Assembly: GCA_949295995.1 (NCBI GenBank)
Contig: CASFNK010000063.1
Span: 73 to 64,072, forward strand
Reading direction: 5' to 3'
Source of the DNA: an uncultured Pseudomonadota bacterium
GTDB taxonomy: Bacteria > Pseudomonadota > Alphaproteobacteria > RF32 > CAG-239
Length of the DNA stretch: 64,000 bases
In this document: positions 27,202 to 36,330 of the stretch, piece after piece
Layout: each line of letters begins with the position of its first letter
Numbering within the stretch: the stretch's first letter is position 1
The notes under the pieces: generated by a model
What the model was told of the DNA's origin: nothing
Database searches by the model: none
What the model saw: the letters and a program-made list of their open reading frames with translations, nothing else
Position numbers and translations under genes: made by a program

Positions 27202-28368
27202 ATGAAATTAAGGATTTTACTTTGTGCCGCCACGGCGATTCTCGTGCCGTCAGTTTGTTGGAGTAGTGAGGAATATGACCCGCTGCTCTATCCGGATATG
27301 GCGCAAGAAGAGGCTGTTCCGCTTTCAGAGCCTATACCTTATAATGAGAGCCAAACCTTAGCTTTGCCCAAAGTAATGTCAGATGAAGATTTAAATTTTG
27401 AGAATATGGATTTTGATTCTTTGGATGCAGAAACATCGGAAGAAGTAAAGGAAGAAGTTCCGCAAACACCTCTTCCTCAAACCTCTGAGGCAGAATCTCA
27501 ACCCACTCAAGTCCCAGCAGCCACGCCGCCCAAGGTTGATAAAAATAAAACTCTAACCGATAATTTGGAGGCAAAACCGAGCTCCGTAGAGGGAGATATT
27601 GTTTCTGTTCCTAAAGTTGACGGAACATGGTTATCTAAAATTAAAGAACCGCTTTTAAGCGATAATAGCGCATCGAGCGAACCCCAAACAATGCCGAGTA
27701 ATAAAGAGCAAGGAAAGGTTAATTTAAGCAGCCTTATGGAAAAATCCAGAAAGACGGTCAAGCGTTCCAATGCCTCAGTTTTTGATATTTCGGGCGCAAT
27801 GTTGCGAATGTCATTTGCTCAAATAGATGAAACCTTAACCCGTAGGGGATTTCGCCGCACGATGCAAAAGATGGATATTCCGAATTTCATTCGTTGGCGC
27901 AATGAAGACAAATGCCGCGCCTCGGGAGTCGTAGGCTATGAGCGATTGGAAAACTGTGTAATCCAAATGGCCAAAAAGGACGGCTATCAGTTTGTTGAGC
28001 GCGCATCATATTCAAAATTTAAAACCCGCGAGGAAATAGAGGTTCGTTTTACCAGTACGTTTACGAATAATAAAGCCTATAGAATTTCTTATAAAAGCGA
28101 GGCTGCGACTAACATTAGCGGTAATAGTCAGAAACAAATTTACTTGAGGAATATAAAAGTTTACGATTTTTGGAAAAAAATTAACCAAAAGTATGGTACC
28201 CCCGATAACAAAGACGATGTAATTTGGGGATTAGGCGGAAATAAGCCGTATCTTCAAGCAGGTACGGGACGTTTAGTCCTAGAAGATCCAATGCTTCGAG
28301 AATTGGACTATACGAGAATGTCGCGCGAAGACCAAAAGTTTATGAATACGGATTTATATAGTTTTTAA
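27202..28368 (+). CDS. Hypothetical secreted protein (388 aa)
   Basis: Signal-like N-terminus (LLCAATAILVPSVCWS) and an acidic/Pro-rich linker followed by a globular C-terminal half. Confidence 0.6.
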   Translation: MKLRILLCAATAILVPSVCWSSEEYDPLLYPDMAQEEAVPLSEPIPYNESQTLALPKVMSDEDLNFENMDFDSLDAETSEEVKEEVPQTPLPQTSEAESQPTQVPAATPPKVDKNKTLTDNLEAKPSSVEGDIVSVPKVDGTWLSKIKEPLLSDNSASSEPQTMPSNKEQGKVNLSSLMEKSRKTVKRSNASVFDISGAMLRMSFAQIDETLTRRGFRRTMQKMDIPNFIRWRNEDKCRASGVVGYERLENCVIQMAKKDGYQFVERASYSKFKTREEIEVRFTSTFTNNKAYRISYKSEAATNISGNSQKQIYLRNIKVYDFWKKINQKYGTPDNKDDVIWGLGGNKPYLQAGTGRLVLEDPMLRELDYTRMSREDQKFMNTDLYSF

Positions 28369-28377
28369 GAGGAAGAA

Positions 28378-28995
28378 ATGAGCGAACCATTAACACAAAC
28401 AGAGCTAACTGAATTAATCTGTACGCGCATTAGTCATGATGTTATCGGCAATGTCGGAGCGGTTTCCAACGCGGTTGAATTATTGGAAGAAGGAGATATG
28501 GATTTTCTTGATGATATTCGCTCGATTCTCAAAAACAGTTCAACGGTTTTATCGGCACGCCTAAAATTCTTTCGTATGGCGTTCGGCTTGAATAATGCCA
28601 ATTTGGAAGATTTTATGACCATTCGAGCTACGACCGAAAACTACCTCAAAACGCTTGGCTCGCAAAATTACCCGATATCTTTGGCCTTGGAATTACATAC
28701 GCCTCGTTTTGCGCGAGCCTCAATGGTTGCAATAATGATTTTGGCGGATACTTTGATAAAAGGAGGACAAATAGAGGCCAGAGAAGTAGGGGACAAACTG
28801 GCTGTAATTATTAGTGCATCTTCATCTCTGTCTGCCGAAAAAATAAAAAACATCAAATTAGTGTTGTCAGGTAATAAACCGGAAAACAATATTGCGCAAT
28901 ATGCGCCGGTTTTTTATCTGCAAACTTTGTTAGCCAAACAAAAGAGAAATGTTACATTTATAGAAGAACCAACGCTTGGTTTAATAATGGAGTAA
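28378..28995 (+). CDS. chpT: Histidine phosphotransferase ChpT
   Basis: 205 aa. The N-terminal LICTRISHDVIGNVGAVSNAVELL matches the ChpT phospho-His helix pattern (R-x-x-H-D-x-x-x-P/N-x-G-A). Confidence 0.7.
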   Translation: MSEPLTQTELTELICTRISHDVIGNVGAVSNAVELLEEGDMDFLDDIRSILKNSSTVLSARLKFFRMAFGLNNANLEDFMTIRATTENYLKTLGSQNYPISLALELHTPRFARASMVAIMILADTLIKGGQIEAREVGDKLAVIISASSSLSAEKIKNIKLVLSGNKPENNIAQYAPVFYLQTLLAKQKRNVTFIEEPTLGLIME

Positions 28996-29002
28996 TATAG
29001 AG

Positions 29003-29368
29003 ATGTCCAAATGTTTAGTCGCAGACGATTCGAAAATAATCCGAATGTTGTTCGATAAAATAATGGGCAATTTAGGTTTTGATGTGATAGAGGCGGAAGA
29101 TGGCGAGGAAGTAGTTGAACTCTGCCAGTTAAATGAGCCGGATGTTATCATCATGGACTACCGCTTACCTGTTTTGGATGGGATAGATGCCATGTATAAA
29201 ATTCGGAGCTCTAAAATTTCCAAACAGCCAAAAATAATCTTTTGTTCATCATTAAATGATATAGATATCATTAAAGATGCTCTTGAGAGCGGAGCAGATG
29301 ACTATGTCTTAAAGCCTTTTGATGAAGAAATAATCACCTCAAAGTTAGCAATTCTGGGATTGGTCTAG
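29003..29368 (+). CDS. Single-domain CheY-like response regulator
   Basis: 121 aa with the acidic pocket ADDS, phospho-acceptor D in VIIMDYRLP, and a conserved K in VLKPF. Confidence 0.85.
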   Translation: MSKCLVADDSKIIRMLFDKIMGNLGFDVIEAEDGEEVVELCQLNEPDVIIMDYRLPVLDGIDAMYKIRSSKISKQPKIIFCSSLNDIDIIKDALESGADDYVLKPFDEEIITSKLAILGLV

Positions 29369-29376
29369 GAGAATAA

Positions 29377-30342
29377 ATGAAGAAAAGTGATTTTGAATAT
29401 GTATTAAGCCTTCTCAGACAATATGCCGGTTGGGATTTATCTAACGACAAGTATTTCATTATTGATAAAAAACTATACAATTTTATCTGTGAGAAAGGGT
29501 ATCCCTCAATTGAGGAATTAATAACCGAACTGAAACTTGGGCAAAAAGCTTTATTATGGCAAGTTGTGGAAGCGCTCACACTTTCGGATACATATTTTTA
29601 CCGTGATTATCCTGTATTTAAGGGTTTTGAAACTTATATGTTGCCGCAACTTCGCGAAATAAACCGTAGTTCAAAAAAATTGCGTATATGGAGTTTAGGC
29701 TGTTCCACCGGACAAGAAACTTATTCCATAGCCATAGCCTTAAAGCACTATCTCAAAGGAATAGGAGATTGGAAAATAGATATCATCGGCACGGATATAT
29801 CAAGCTATGCGATTTCGCGTGCCCAGAAGGGAAGTTATAGTCAGTTTGATGTGCAACGAGGTCTTAATATGCGTCAAATATTAGAGAACTTTCATCAAGA
29901 AAACGGACAGTGGGTTATCAACGATGATATTTCCTCAATGGTTGAGTTTCGTCGCTATAATTTGTTGGATGAGTTAACCCACAGCGACTTATATGATGTA
30001 ATTTTCTGTCGTTATGTTTTGAGATATTTTGCACCGGACATTCAACAAAAGTTAATTGCGAAAATATATAGCCGACAAGTTTCGGGGGGATTCTTATATT
30101 TAGGCAGAGGAGCCAAAGTAGAGAGTTTAGATAAATTTTATGAGCCTGTCAGCGGTATGGAATGTCTGTTTCAAGCGAAACCCGATGTAGAAATTCCGAA
30201 TTTGGAAATTGAAAAGGTAACAACCCCGAAAGACACATTGGAGCGAGACGAAGATGATATTCCGAGCTTTGTTCGCCCAAGTAATTTATCCTATCGCACC
30301 CCCACAACCGAAATCTTGAACGAGCTCAAAAAAAGAGATTAA
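29377..30342 (+). CDS. CheR-type protein-glutamate O-methyltransferase-like protein
   Basis: TYFYRD N-domain motif and the SAM site LRIWSLGCSTGQETYSIA. Confidence 0.8.
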   Translation: MKKSDFEYVLSLLRQYAGWDLSNDKYFIIDKKLYNFICEKGYPSIEELITELKLGQKALLWQVVEALTLSDTYFYRDYPVFKGFETYMLPQLREINRSSKKLRIWSLGCSTGQETYSIAIALKHYLKGIGDWKIDIIGTDISSYAISRAQKGSYSQFDVQRGLNMRQILENFHQENGQWVINDDISSMVEFRRYNLLDELTHSDLYDVIFCRYVLRYFAPDIQQKLIAKIYSRQVSGGFLYLGRGAKVESLDKFYEPVSGMECLFQAKPDVEIPNLEIEKVTTPKDTLERDEDDIPSFVRPSNLSYRTPTTEILNELKKRD

Positions 30343-30347
30343 GATTT

Positions 30348-31748
30348 TTACTTGAATTTTTTCTCATCAATCTTAGGGTAAAGGTTTTTAATTCGCTGCT
30401 TTAAGTCTTCAAGTTTGAGTGTAAGACCTGTATTAGGATTTTGGCGTTTTGCGTTTTGAATTTGCCGCAAAGCCACTTCCGGCTCTCCCATACGCAAAGA
30501 ATACTCAGCCGCGGCATAATCGGCATAGGCCGGTTGCCCTGCCTGATAATAGGCTTGAGAGAGTAAGAGCCAACCTTGTGAGGTTGAACGACGAATGAGG
30601 GCTTGATTAAGAGCCTTAATGACAGCTTGAATTTCTTGAGAAGTTGGGGTTCCTGCTAAAACCACTTGCGCCCAGTCGAGTTGAAACAGAGCTGAGTTGG
30701 GGCGAAGTCTAAGGATAATCTCATATTCATTTTTTGCCTGTTGCAGTTTTCCTTGCTCCAAATAAATTTGCGCTTTAACTTCATGAAAATAAGGATTATT
30801 GGGTTCTGCATTTATCAAAGCATCGATAATATTATGGGCGTTCTTAAAATCCAATTTCTTCATAAAAGCAATTGTCTGAGCGTAGCGAGCAGGGATTGAG
30901 GCGTCGGTTAAAGGATAGCGTAAAAAGGTTTGCTTAGGCTCATATAAAAAAGCACTGAGCTTAGCCTTGACCCGCAAATAAGCCTCATCGGAATTGGTTG
31001 CCGGTCTGTAAGGGGAGGATTTAGCTGCTTGTTGTAAAAAGATGATTCTCTCTGAAGTCAAAGGGTGTGTCCTGAAATATAAACTTTCTTCCACGCCGTT
31101 AAGGGTGTTTTGCTTTTGCAATTTTTTCATAAAGTCTAAAAGCCCTTGCGGAGATGTATTGTCTTTTTTTAAGAAAGTGATGGCAGCTTCATCGGCACTT
31201 CTTTCTTCCTCCACGCGGTAAGCCAAATAGTTGGAAAGAAGCGAGCTTTGAGAACCCATCATCACCGCCATTGCCACATCACCGCGCCCACTGGCAGCAC
31301 CTAGAGCACCGGCTAATACCATTGAAGCCAGAGAGGCTTCTTGAATATCTTGTATTTTTAATTTTTGTCGTAAAATATGCCCGCCGGTAATATGTCCGAC
31401 TTCATGAGCCAAAACGCCTTTGAGCTGTTCGGCATTATCGGCTTTAATGAGTGTTCCCGTGTGTACAAACAAATTATTTCCGTCAGCTACAAAAGCATTA
31501 AGGCTATCATCATTTACAATGTATATTTTGTTTCGATTAAACGGCAGACCTGCAGACTTAAAAATCGGTTGAATAAGTTTGCTCAAGTAAAGTTCGGTTT
31601 CTTCATCGGAAATAATACTGATTTGAGCGCAAGCCGGCGTACTTAAAGCCCAAAAGGCTAATAACGGTAAAATACCGATAATCAGCCTTTTAGATTTCTG
31701 CTCCAAACGAGTAAGCAAATTTAACTTTTGATGAGTTTTCGCCACCAA
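30348..31748 (-). CDS. M48-family periplasmic metalloprotease with TPR repeats (BepA-like)
   Basis: HEVGHITGGH zinc motif, a signal/TM N-terminus and a TPR-like C-terminal half. Confidence 0.85.
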   Translation of the reverse strand: MVAKTHQKLNLLTRLEQKSKRLIIGILPLLAFWALSTPACAQISIISDEETELYLSKLIQPIFKSAGLPFNRNKIYIVNDDSLNAFVADGNNLFVHTGTLIKADNAEQLKGVLAHEVGHITGGHILRQKLKIQDIQEASLASMVLAGALGAASGRGDVAMAVMMGSQSSLLSNYLAYRVEEERSADEAAITFLKKDNTSPQGLLDFMKKLQKQNTLNGVEESLYFRTHPLTSERIIFLQQAAKSSPYRPATNSDEAYLRVKAKLSAFLYEPKQTFLRYPLTDASIPARYAQTIAFMKKLDFKNAHNIIDALINAEPNNPYFHEVKAQIYLEQGKLQQAKNEYEIILRLRPNSALFQLDWAQVVLAGTPTSQEIQAVIKALNQALIRRSTSQGWLLLSQAYYQAGQPAYADYAAAEYSLRMGEPEVALRQIQNAKRQNPNTGLTLKLEDLKQRIKNLYPKIDEKKFK

Positions 31749-34429
31749 GTTGCCTTTTCTTTAGGTTCGTTTCCTTCTTTTACCTCGGCTTGAGGTTGAG
31801 GAGCAATATCTTCATGACTGTTATACAAGATAAAGGCTTCACTTTTTTCTTTTTTATGGTCAGAGAAATTTGCTTGCTCATTATCGTTATCACGATTTCT
31901 GCGTCCTCTGTTTCTACCTCTTCTGTCAAAACGATTTCTTCTGTCTCTGCGCCGATTGTTAAAATGCCGTCCTTTATCTTGATAGCCGTTTTCAGCAAAA
32001 TCATTAGCTTCTTTTTCTAAAACCTCATCTTCTGTAGGAGTCTCTTCCTCAGAATTTTCTTGTAACGGCTCATTTACGTCATTAGGTAAAGATTTTTCGG
32101 CTTCAACCGGAGTTTCGTCTTTTCTGCGGCGCCCGCGTTTAGATTTTTTCTCAGGTTTTGAATTTTGCAAAATATTGGCATCTTCACTATTGCTTTCAGC
32201 CACACTCTCAGATTTAGCATTTTCCGTGAGTTGTTTAACAGCCTTCACTCTTTCAATACGATAATCGGCAATATTTTTAATTGCATCATCGGCACAAATA
32301 ATAACTTCCATATTATACTTATCTTCTAAAGCCGAAAGATTCTTGCGCTTTTGGTTTAAGAGATAAACCGCAAATTCGCTTGGTAGGTACAGATTAATTC
32401 TCGAAGATTTATTTTTAATACCTTCTTCTTCAATACAGCGCAAAATATACATTGCACCGGATTCAATCGTTCTGACAATACCTTTACCATGGCAATGCGG
32501 ACAAACTTGATAGTTGCTTTCAAAGAAAGAAGAATGCATTCTCTGCCTTGAAATTTCAAGCAATCCGAAACAACTCATTTTAGCAATTTGAATTCTGGCT
32601 CTATCTTTTTTCATCGCCTCTTTCATACGTTTTTCAACGGCTTGATTGTTTTTTGGGTCTTCCATATCAATAAAGTCAACCACAACCAAACCGGCCAAAT
32701 TGCGCATTCTGAGTTGCTTTGCAATTTCATCAGCCGCTTCCAAATTGGTTTTCAGAGCAGTTTCTTCCAAATCTTTTTCTTTGGTAGCACGTCCGGAGTT
32801 CACATCAATTGAAACCAACGCTTCTGTCGGATTTATGACAAGATATCCGCCCGATTCGAGTTGAACATTTGTATCATGCAATTTATCCAATTGCGATTCG
32901 ACCTGAAATCTTTGGAATAGAGGTAGCTCATTCTTTTTATTTTCTTTTATTTTTTTCAGATTATTGGGTGATAAGATTTTGATAAACTCTCTGGCTGATT
33001 TATAAGCCTGTTCACCATCAACAATAATTTCGGATACATCTTTAGTGTACATATCACGCAAAGCACGTCTGATAAGGTTTCCTTCTTCGTGAATAAGAGT
33101 AGGGGCTTTTGCCTTTAAGGCATCAAGACGAATTTGGTTCCAACTTCTGATGAGGTAATTATAGTCGCGGACAATATCTGCTTTGGTTTTTTCCTCACCG
33201 GCGGTGCGAACAATCATAGACATTTCATCATTCAACGGCAGTTCTTTAACAATACCTTTTAAGCGTTTTCTGTCGGCAACATTGGTAATTTTGCGAGACA
33301 CGCCGCCGCTTTTAATGCGGTTAGGCATGAGCACGCAGTAACGTCCGGCTAAAGACAAATAGGTTGTAAGGGCGGCACCTTTATTTCCTCTTTCTTCTTT
33401 CACCACTTGTACCAATAAAGTTTGCCCTTCTTTAATAACATCTTGAATTTTACTGCGGTGGAACATTTTACGGATTCTGAGCAATTTGCGTTGAATTTCA
33501 AAATTGGTTTCAACATCGTCATCATCGTCATCATCATCGCTTTCTTCAGCCACATCTTCTTCGGCCAAATGCTGAGATGTGGTTGAAATTTTAGATTCGT
33601 TTTCCACTTCTTCGGAAATAACATCATCAGAATTTTCAATTTCGGCTGACATGACTACTAATTTTTCTTTATCCTCGTCAGTTGCCTCACTTTTGTTTTC
33701 TTCGGCAGCAGGAATATTTTCGGCATCTGATATTGTAACTTCTTCTTTTTGAGCGGCTTCCAATGCTTTGCGAGCGCGTTTTTTTAGGATTCTCTTTTTG
33801 CGAGGATGTTTGCGGTCATTAACGGGTTCTTCGGAAGTTTCAACTTTAACAGCTTCATTTTCGCTATGAGCAGCTTCCGATGAAGAAGTATCATCTGTTG
33901 AATTTTGATTGGAGTTTGCATCTTCTGCAACAAGTTGTAGAGGTTCACTTGTTTTTATCTCTGAATTTTCTTGAGCTTCTTGAGTTTGTGCATCTTGTTC
34001 AGCTTTTAGAGCCTCGGCTTCGAGTCTTGCAATTTCTTCGGCTTCTCTTGCGCGGCGTTCTTCTTCACGAGCCGCTTTTTCGGCACGATATCTTTCTCTT
34101 TCTAATTCGCGCTCTTTTAGGGCTTGTTTTTTAGCTTCAATAATATCATCAACTTCTTTATCAATTTCAGCTAATTCTTCTTTGCTGAGATTATAATAAT
34201 CGGGGTGAATTTCGCCAAAGGCCAAAAAACCGTGCCTGTTTCCGCCATAATCAACAAATGCGGCCTGCAGGGAAGGTTCAACCCTCATAACTTTAGCAAG
34301 ATAAATATTTCCTTTAATTTGTTTGCGAGTTGTCGATTCGAATTCGACGTCCTCAACTTTATTACCATTAACGATAACGACACGAGTTTCTTCGGCACAA
34401 GTGTCATCAATCAGCATTCTTTTAGTCAT
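31721..34429 (-). CDS. rne: Ribonuclease E
   Basis: S1 domain, the DVNSGR catalytic block, the CPHCHGKG Zn-link, then long acidic and Arg-rich low-complexity regions. The ATG at 34429 has RBS AGGGAG (track start 34450). Confidence 0.92.
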   Translation of the reverse strand: MTKRMLIDDTCAEETRVVIVNGNKVEDVEFESTTRKQIKGNIYLAKVMRVEPSLQAAFVDYGGNRHGFLAFGEIHPDYYNLSKEELAEIDKEVDDIIEAKKQALKERELERERYRAEKAAREEERRAREAEEIARLEAEALKAEQDAQTQEAQENSEIKTSEPLQLVAEDANSNQNSTDDTSSSEAAHSENEAVKVETSEEPVNDRKHPRKKRILKKRARKALEAAQKEEVTISDAENIPAAEENKSEATDEDKEKLVVMSAEIENSDDVISEEVENESKISTTSQHLAEEDVAEESDDDDDDDDVETNFEIQRKLLRIRKMFHRSKIQDVIKEGQTLLVQVVKEERGNKGAALTTYLSLAGRYCVLMPNRIKSGGVSRKITNVADRKRLKGIVKELPLNDEMSMIVRTAGEEKTKADIVRDYNYLIRSWNQIRLDALKAKAPTLIHEEGNLIRRALRDMYTKDVSEIIVDGEQAYKSAREFIKILSPNNLKKIKENKKNELPLFQRFQVESQLDKLHDTNVQLESGGYLVINPTEALVSIDVNSGRATKEKDLEETALKTNLEAADEIAKQLRMRNLAGLVVVDFIDMEDPKNNQAVEKRMKEAMKKDRARIQIAKMSCFGLLEISRQRMHSSFFESNYQVCPHCHGKGIVRTIESGAMYILRCIEEEGIKNKSSRINLYLPSEFAVYLLNQKRKNLSALEDKYNMEVIICADDAIKNIADYRIERVKAVKQLTENAKSESVAESNSEDANILQNSKPEKKSKRGRRRKDETPVEAEKSLPNDVNEPLQENSEEETPTEDEVLEKEANDFAENGYQDKGRHFNNRRRDRRNRFDRRGRNRGRRNRDNDNEQANFSDHKKEKSEAFILYNSHEDIAPQPQAEVKEGNEPKEKATWWRKLIKS

Positions 34430-34945
34430 AAATAATTCTCCCTTTATCACAAATTTTCATTTGTGAAATGATTGCCACAATCCGGAGAGGTTGAACGAAA
34501 GTATATGTTTCTCGGCACGCAAACAAAAGTCCCCAAACGACCAAACGCACCCATCATAAATCTCATCTTGGGGTAAAATCCCCAATGTATATATTCTCTT
34601 TCTTAATCATCCGACAAACCGCTTATTGTTTGCTTTATTATTTGTGGGTTTGTAGGCAAAAACCTTCCGGTATAAATCTTTCACTTATATGGCGTCAGTA
34701 CAACTGACCGCACCTGTCAACGTGGTTCAGAGAGAAAACTCTCAAATGAACAAAATTCCGATGCATAGCGCATATAATTAAAAGTCAGCATATACATTTT
34801 TGCATAAAACACAATAAGTTTTTTCAAACGCATTGCAAAAATCTGCTTGCCAGTTTTGGGGAAGAAATGTAAAGTGCAAAAGAATTAAAAACTTTTAACC
34901 GATTGGTAAGAAGTAATCGATTATACTATTCCCATAATGGACTAA

Positions 34946-36211
34946 GTGGAATTTATTGCAATGAAGGGACTTTTGCCTCATATCGTCAGCTTTTTGAAAA
35001 AGATGACTTTGCTAACGGCTAAGCTGATGCTTTTAGCTGTTTTGGGGCAATTATATATTAATTCGGCACAGGCTGCGGGTATCAGTTCAATGCGTATCGG
35101 GCAAGGCGTTGGCAATGTTCGTATAGTTTTTGACGCAGACCGTAAATTTGATTACAAGGTATTTTTGTTAAGCGAGCCTAAAAGGCTTGTGGTTGATACG
35201 TTTAATGTTCCCGTAAGTTCAAAAATAGAAAAACAGCAAGATAAAAACAATTTGCTTTCTGCGCCGAGGTTGGGGACCGTTGGCGTGGACGGAACCAGAA
35301 TTGTGTTTGATTTGAAGAAGCCGGTAATCGTTAAAAAGGCATTTATGCTGGCGCCGCAAAGCAATTTTGGCTGGCGTTTTGTGGTTGACGTTGCAATAGC
35401 ATCCGAAAGAGAGTTTGCTTCTAAAGTTGGCAGTAAATATGCTTTGAGTACGGAGAATTCTTTTGCCGGAAGCTACTCTTCATCAAAATCAAATAAAGAA
35501 AAAGCGCGAGTGGTCAACAAAAAGAAAGTTGTTGTGCTTGACCCCGGACATGGCGGAAAAGACCCCGGAGCAATCGGCTACTCGGGAGTCTATGAAAAAA
35601 ACATTACGTTAGCGATGGCTAAAGAGCTTAAAACGATTCTCGAAAAAGAAGGCTATAAAGTTTATCTAACCCGCAGTACGGACATATTTATTCCTCTGCG
35701 GGATAGGGTCAAAATCGCACGTAAACATAATGCCGATTTATTTATGTCGATTCACGCAGATAGTGCTGTCAATCGCAGTGCCAAAGGGCTGTCGGTTTAT
35801 ACCTTGTCAGAAACGGCATCAGACAAAGAAGCCGAGGCTTTGGCAGAACGCGAAAACAAAGTCGATGTTGTTGCCGGACTAAATTTGTTGGAGCATTCTA
35901 AAGAAGTTTCCGACATTTTAATCAACCTGGCACAAAGAGAAACCATGAACCGTTCTTCAGAGTTTGCTACCTTTATGGTTCAAGAAATGCGCAAGTCCGT
36001 ACAGTTAAAAGACAATACCCACCGTTTTGCCGGTTTTGCGGTACTAAAGGCTCCGGATGTTCCGTCAGTTTTGCTGGAGATGGGCTATCTATCCAATCGT
36101 ACCGAAGAAAAGCTCTTAAAGCAAAAGAGCTATCGCCAAAAGTTGGCGGTATCGACCAGCAAAGCGGTTGAAAAATATTTTGATAATATGCAACACGCCT
36201 CCGTATTCTGA
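34946..36211 (+). CDS. N-acetylmuramoyl-L-alanine amidase with an N-terminal AMIN domain (AmiC-like)
   Basis: AMIN-like N-terminal region (RIVFD...LVVD) and an Amidase_3 core VVLDPGHGGKDPGA...SIHADS. Confidence 0.85.
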   Translation: MEFIAMKGLLPHIVSFLKKMTLLTAKLMLLAVLGQLYINSAQAAGISSMRIGQGVGNVRIVFDADRKFDYKVFLLSEPKRLVVDTFNVPVSSKIEKQQDKNNLLSAPRLGTVGVDGTRIVFDLKKPVIVKKAFMLAPQSNFGWRFVVDVAIASEREFASKVGSKYALSTENSFAGSYSSSKSNKEKARVVNKKKVVVLDPGHGGKDPGAIGYSGVYEKNITLAMAKELKTILEKEGYKVYLTRSTDIFIPLRDRVKIARKHNADLFMSIHADSAVNRSAKGLSVYTLSETASDKEAEALAERENKVDVVAGLNLLEHSKEVSDILINLAQRETMNRSSEFATFMVQEMRKSVQLKDNTHRFAGFAVLKAPDVPSVLLEMGYLSNRTEEKLLKQKSYRQKLAVSTSKAVEKYFDNMQHASVF

Positions 36212-36330
36212 GGATAATTAACATAAATTCAAGTTTTGCCTGTGAAAAGCAAATTTCTTTTTGCTTTTTTTATAAATTGTAATAGATTAAAGCTAATTTT
36301 GTGAAGCTAAAAGTAAAAGTGGAATAATTC

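Noticed and set aside
33514-33538. Tandem GAT/GAC trinucleotide tract
   Set aside because: It encodes the poly-Asp stretch (DDDDDDD) in the acidic linker of RNase E. This is low-complexity coding sequence, not a separate repeat element.
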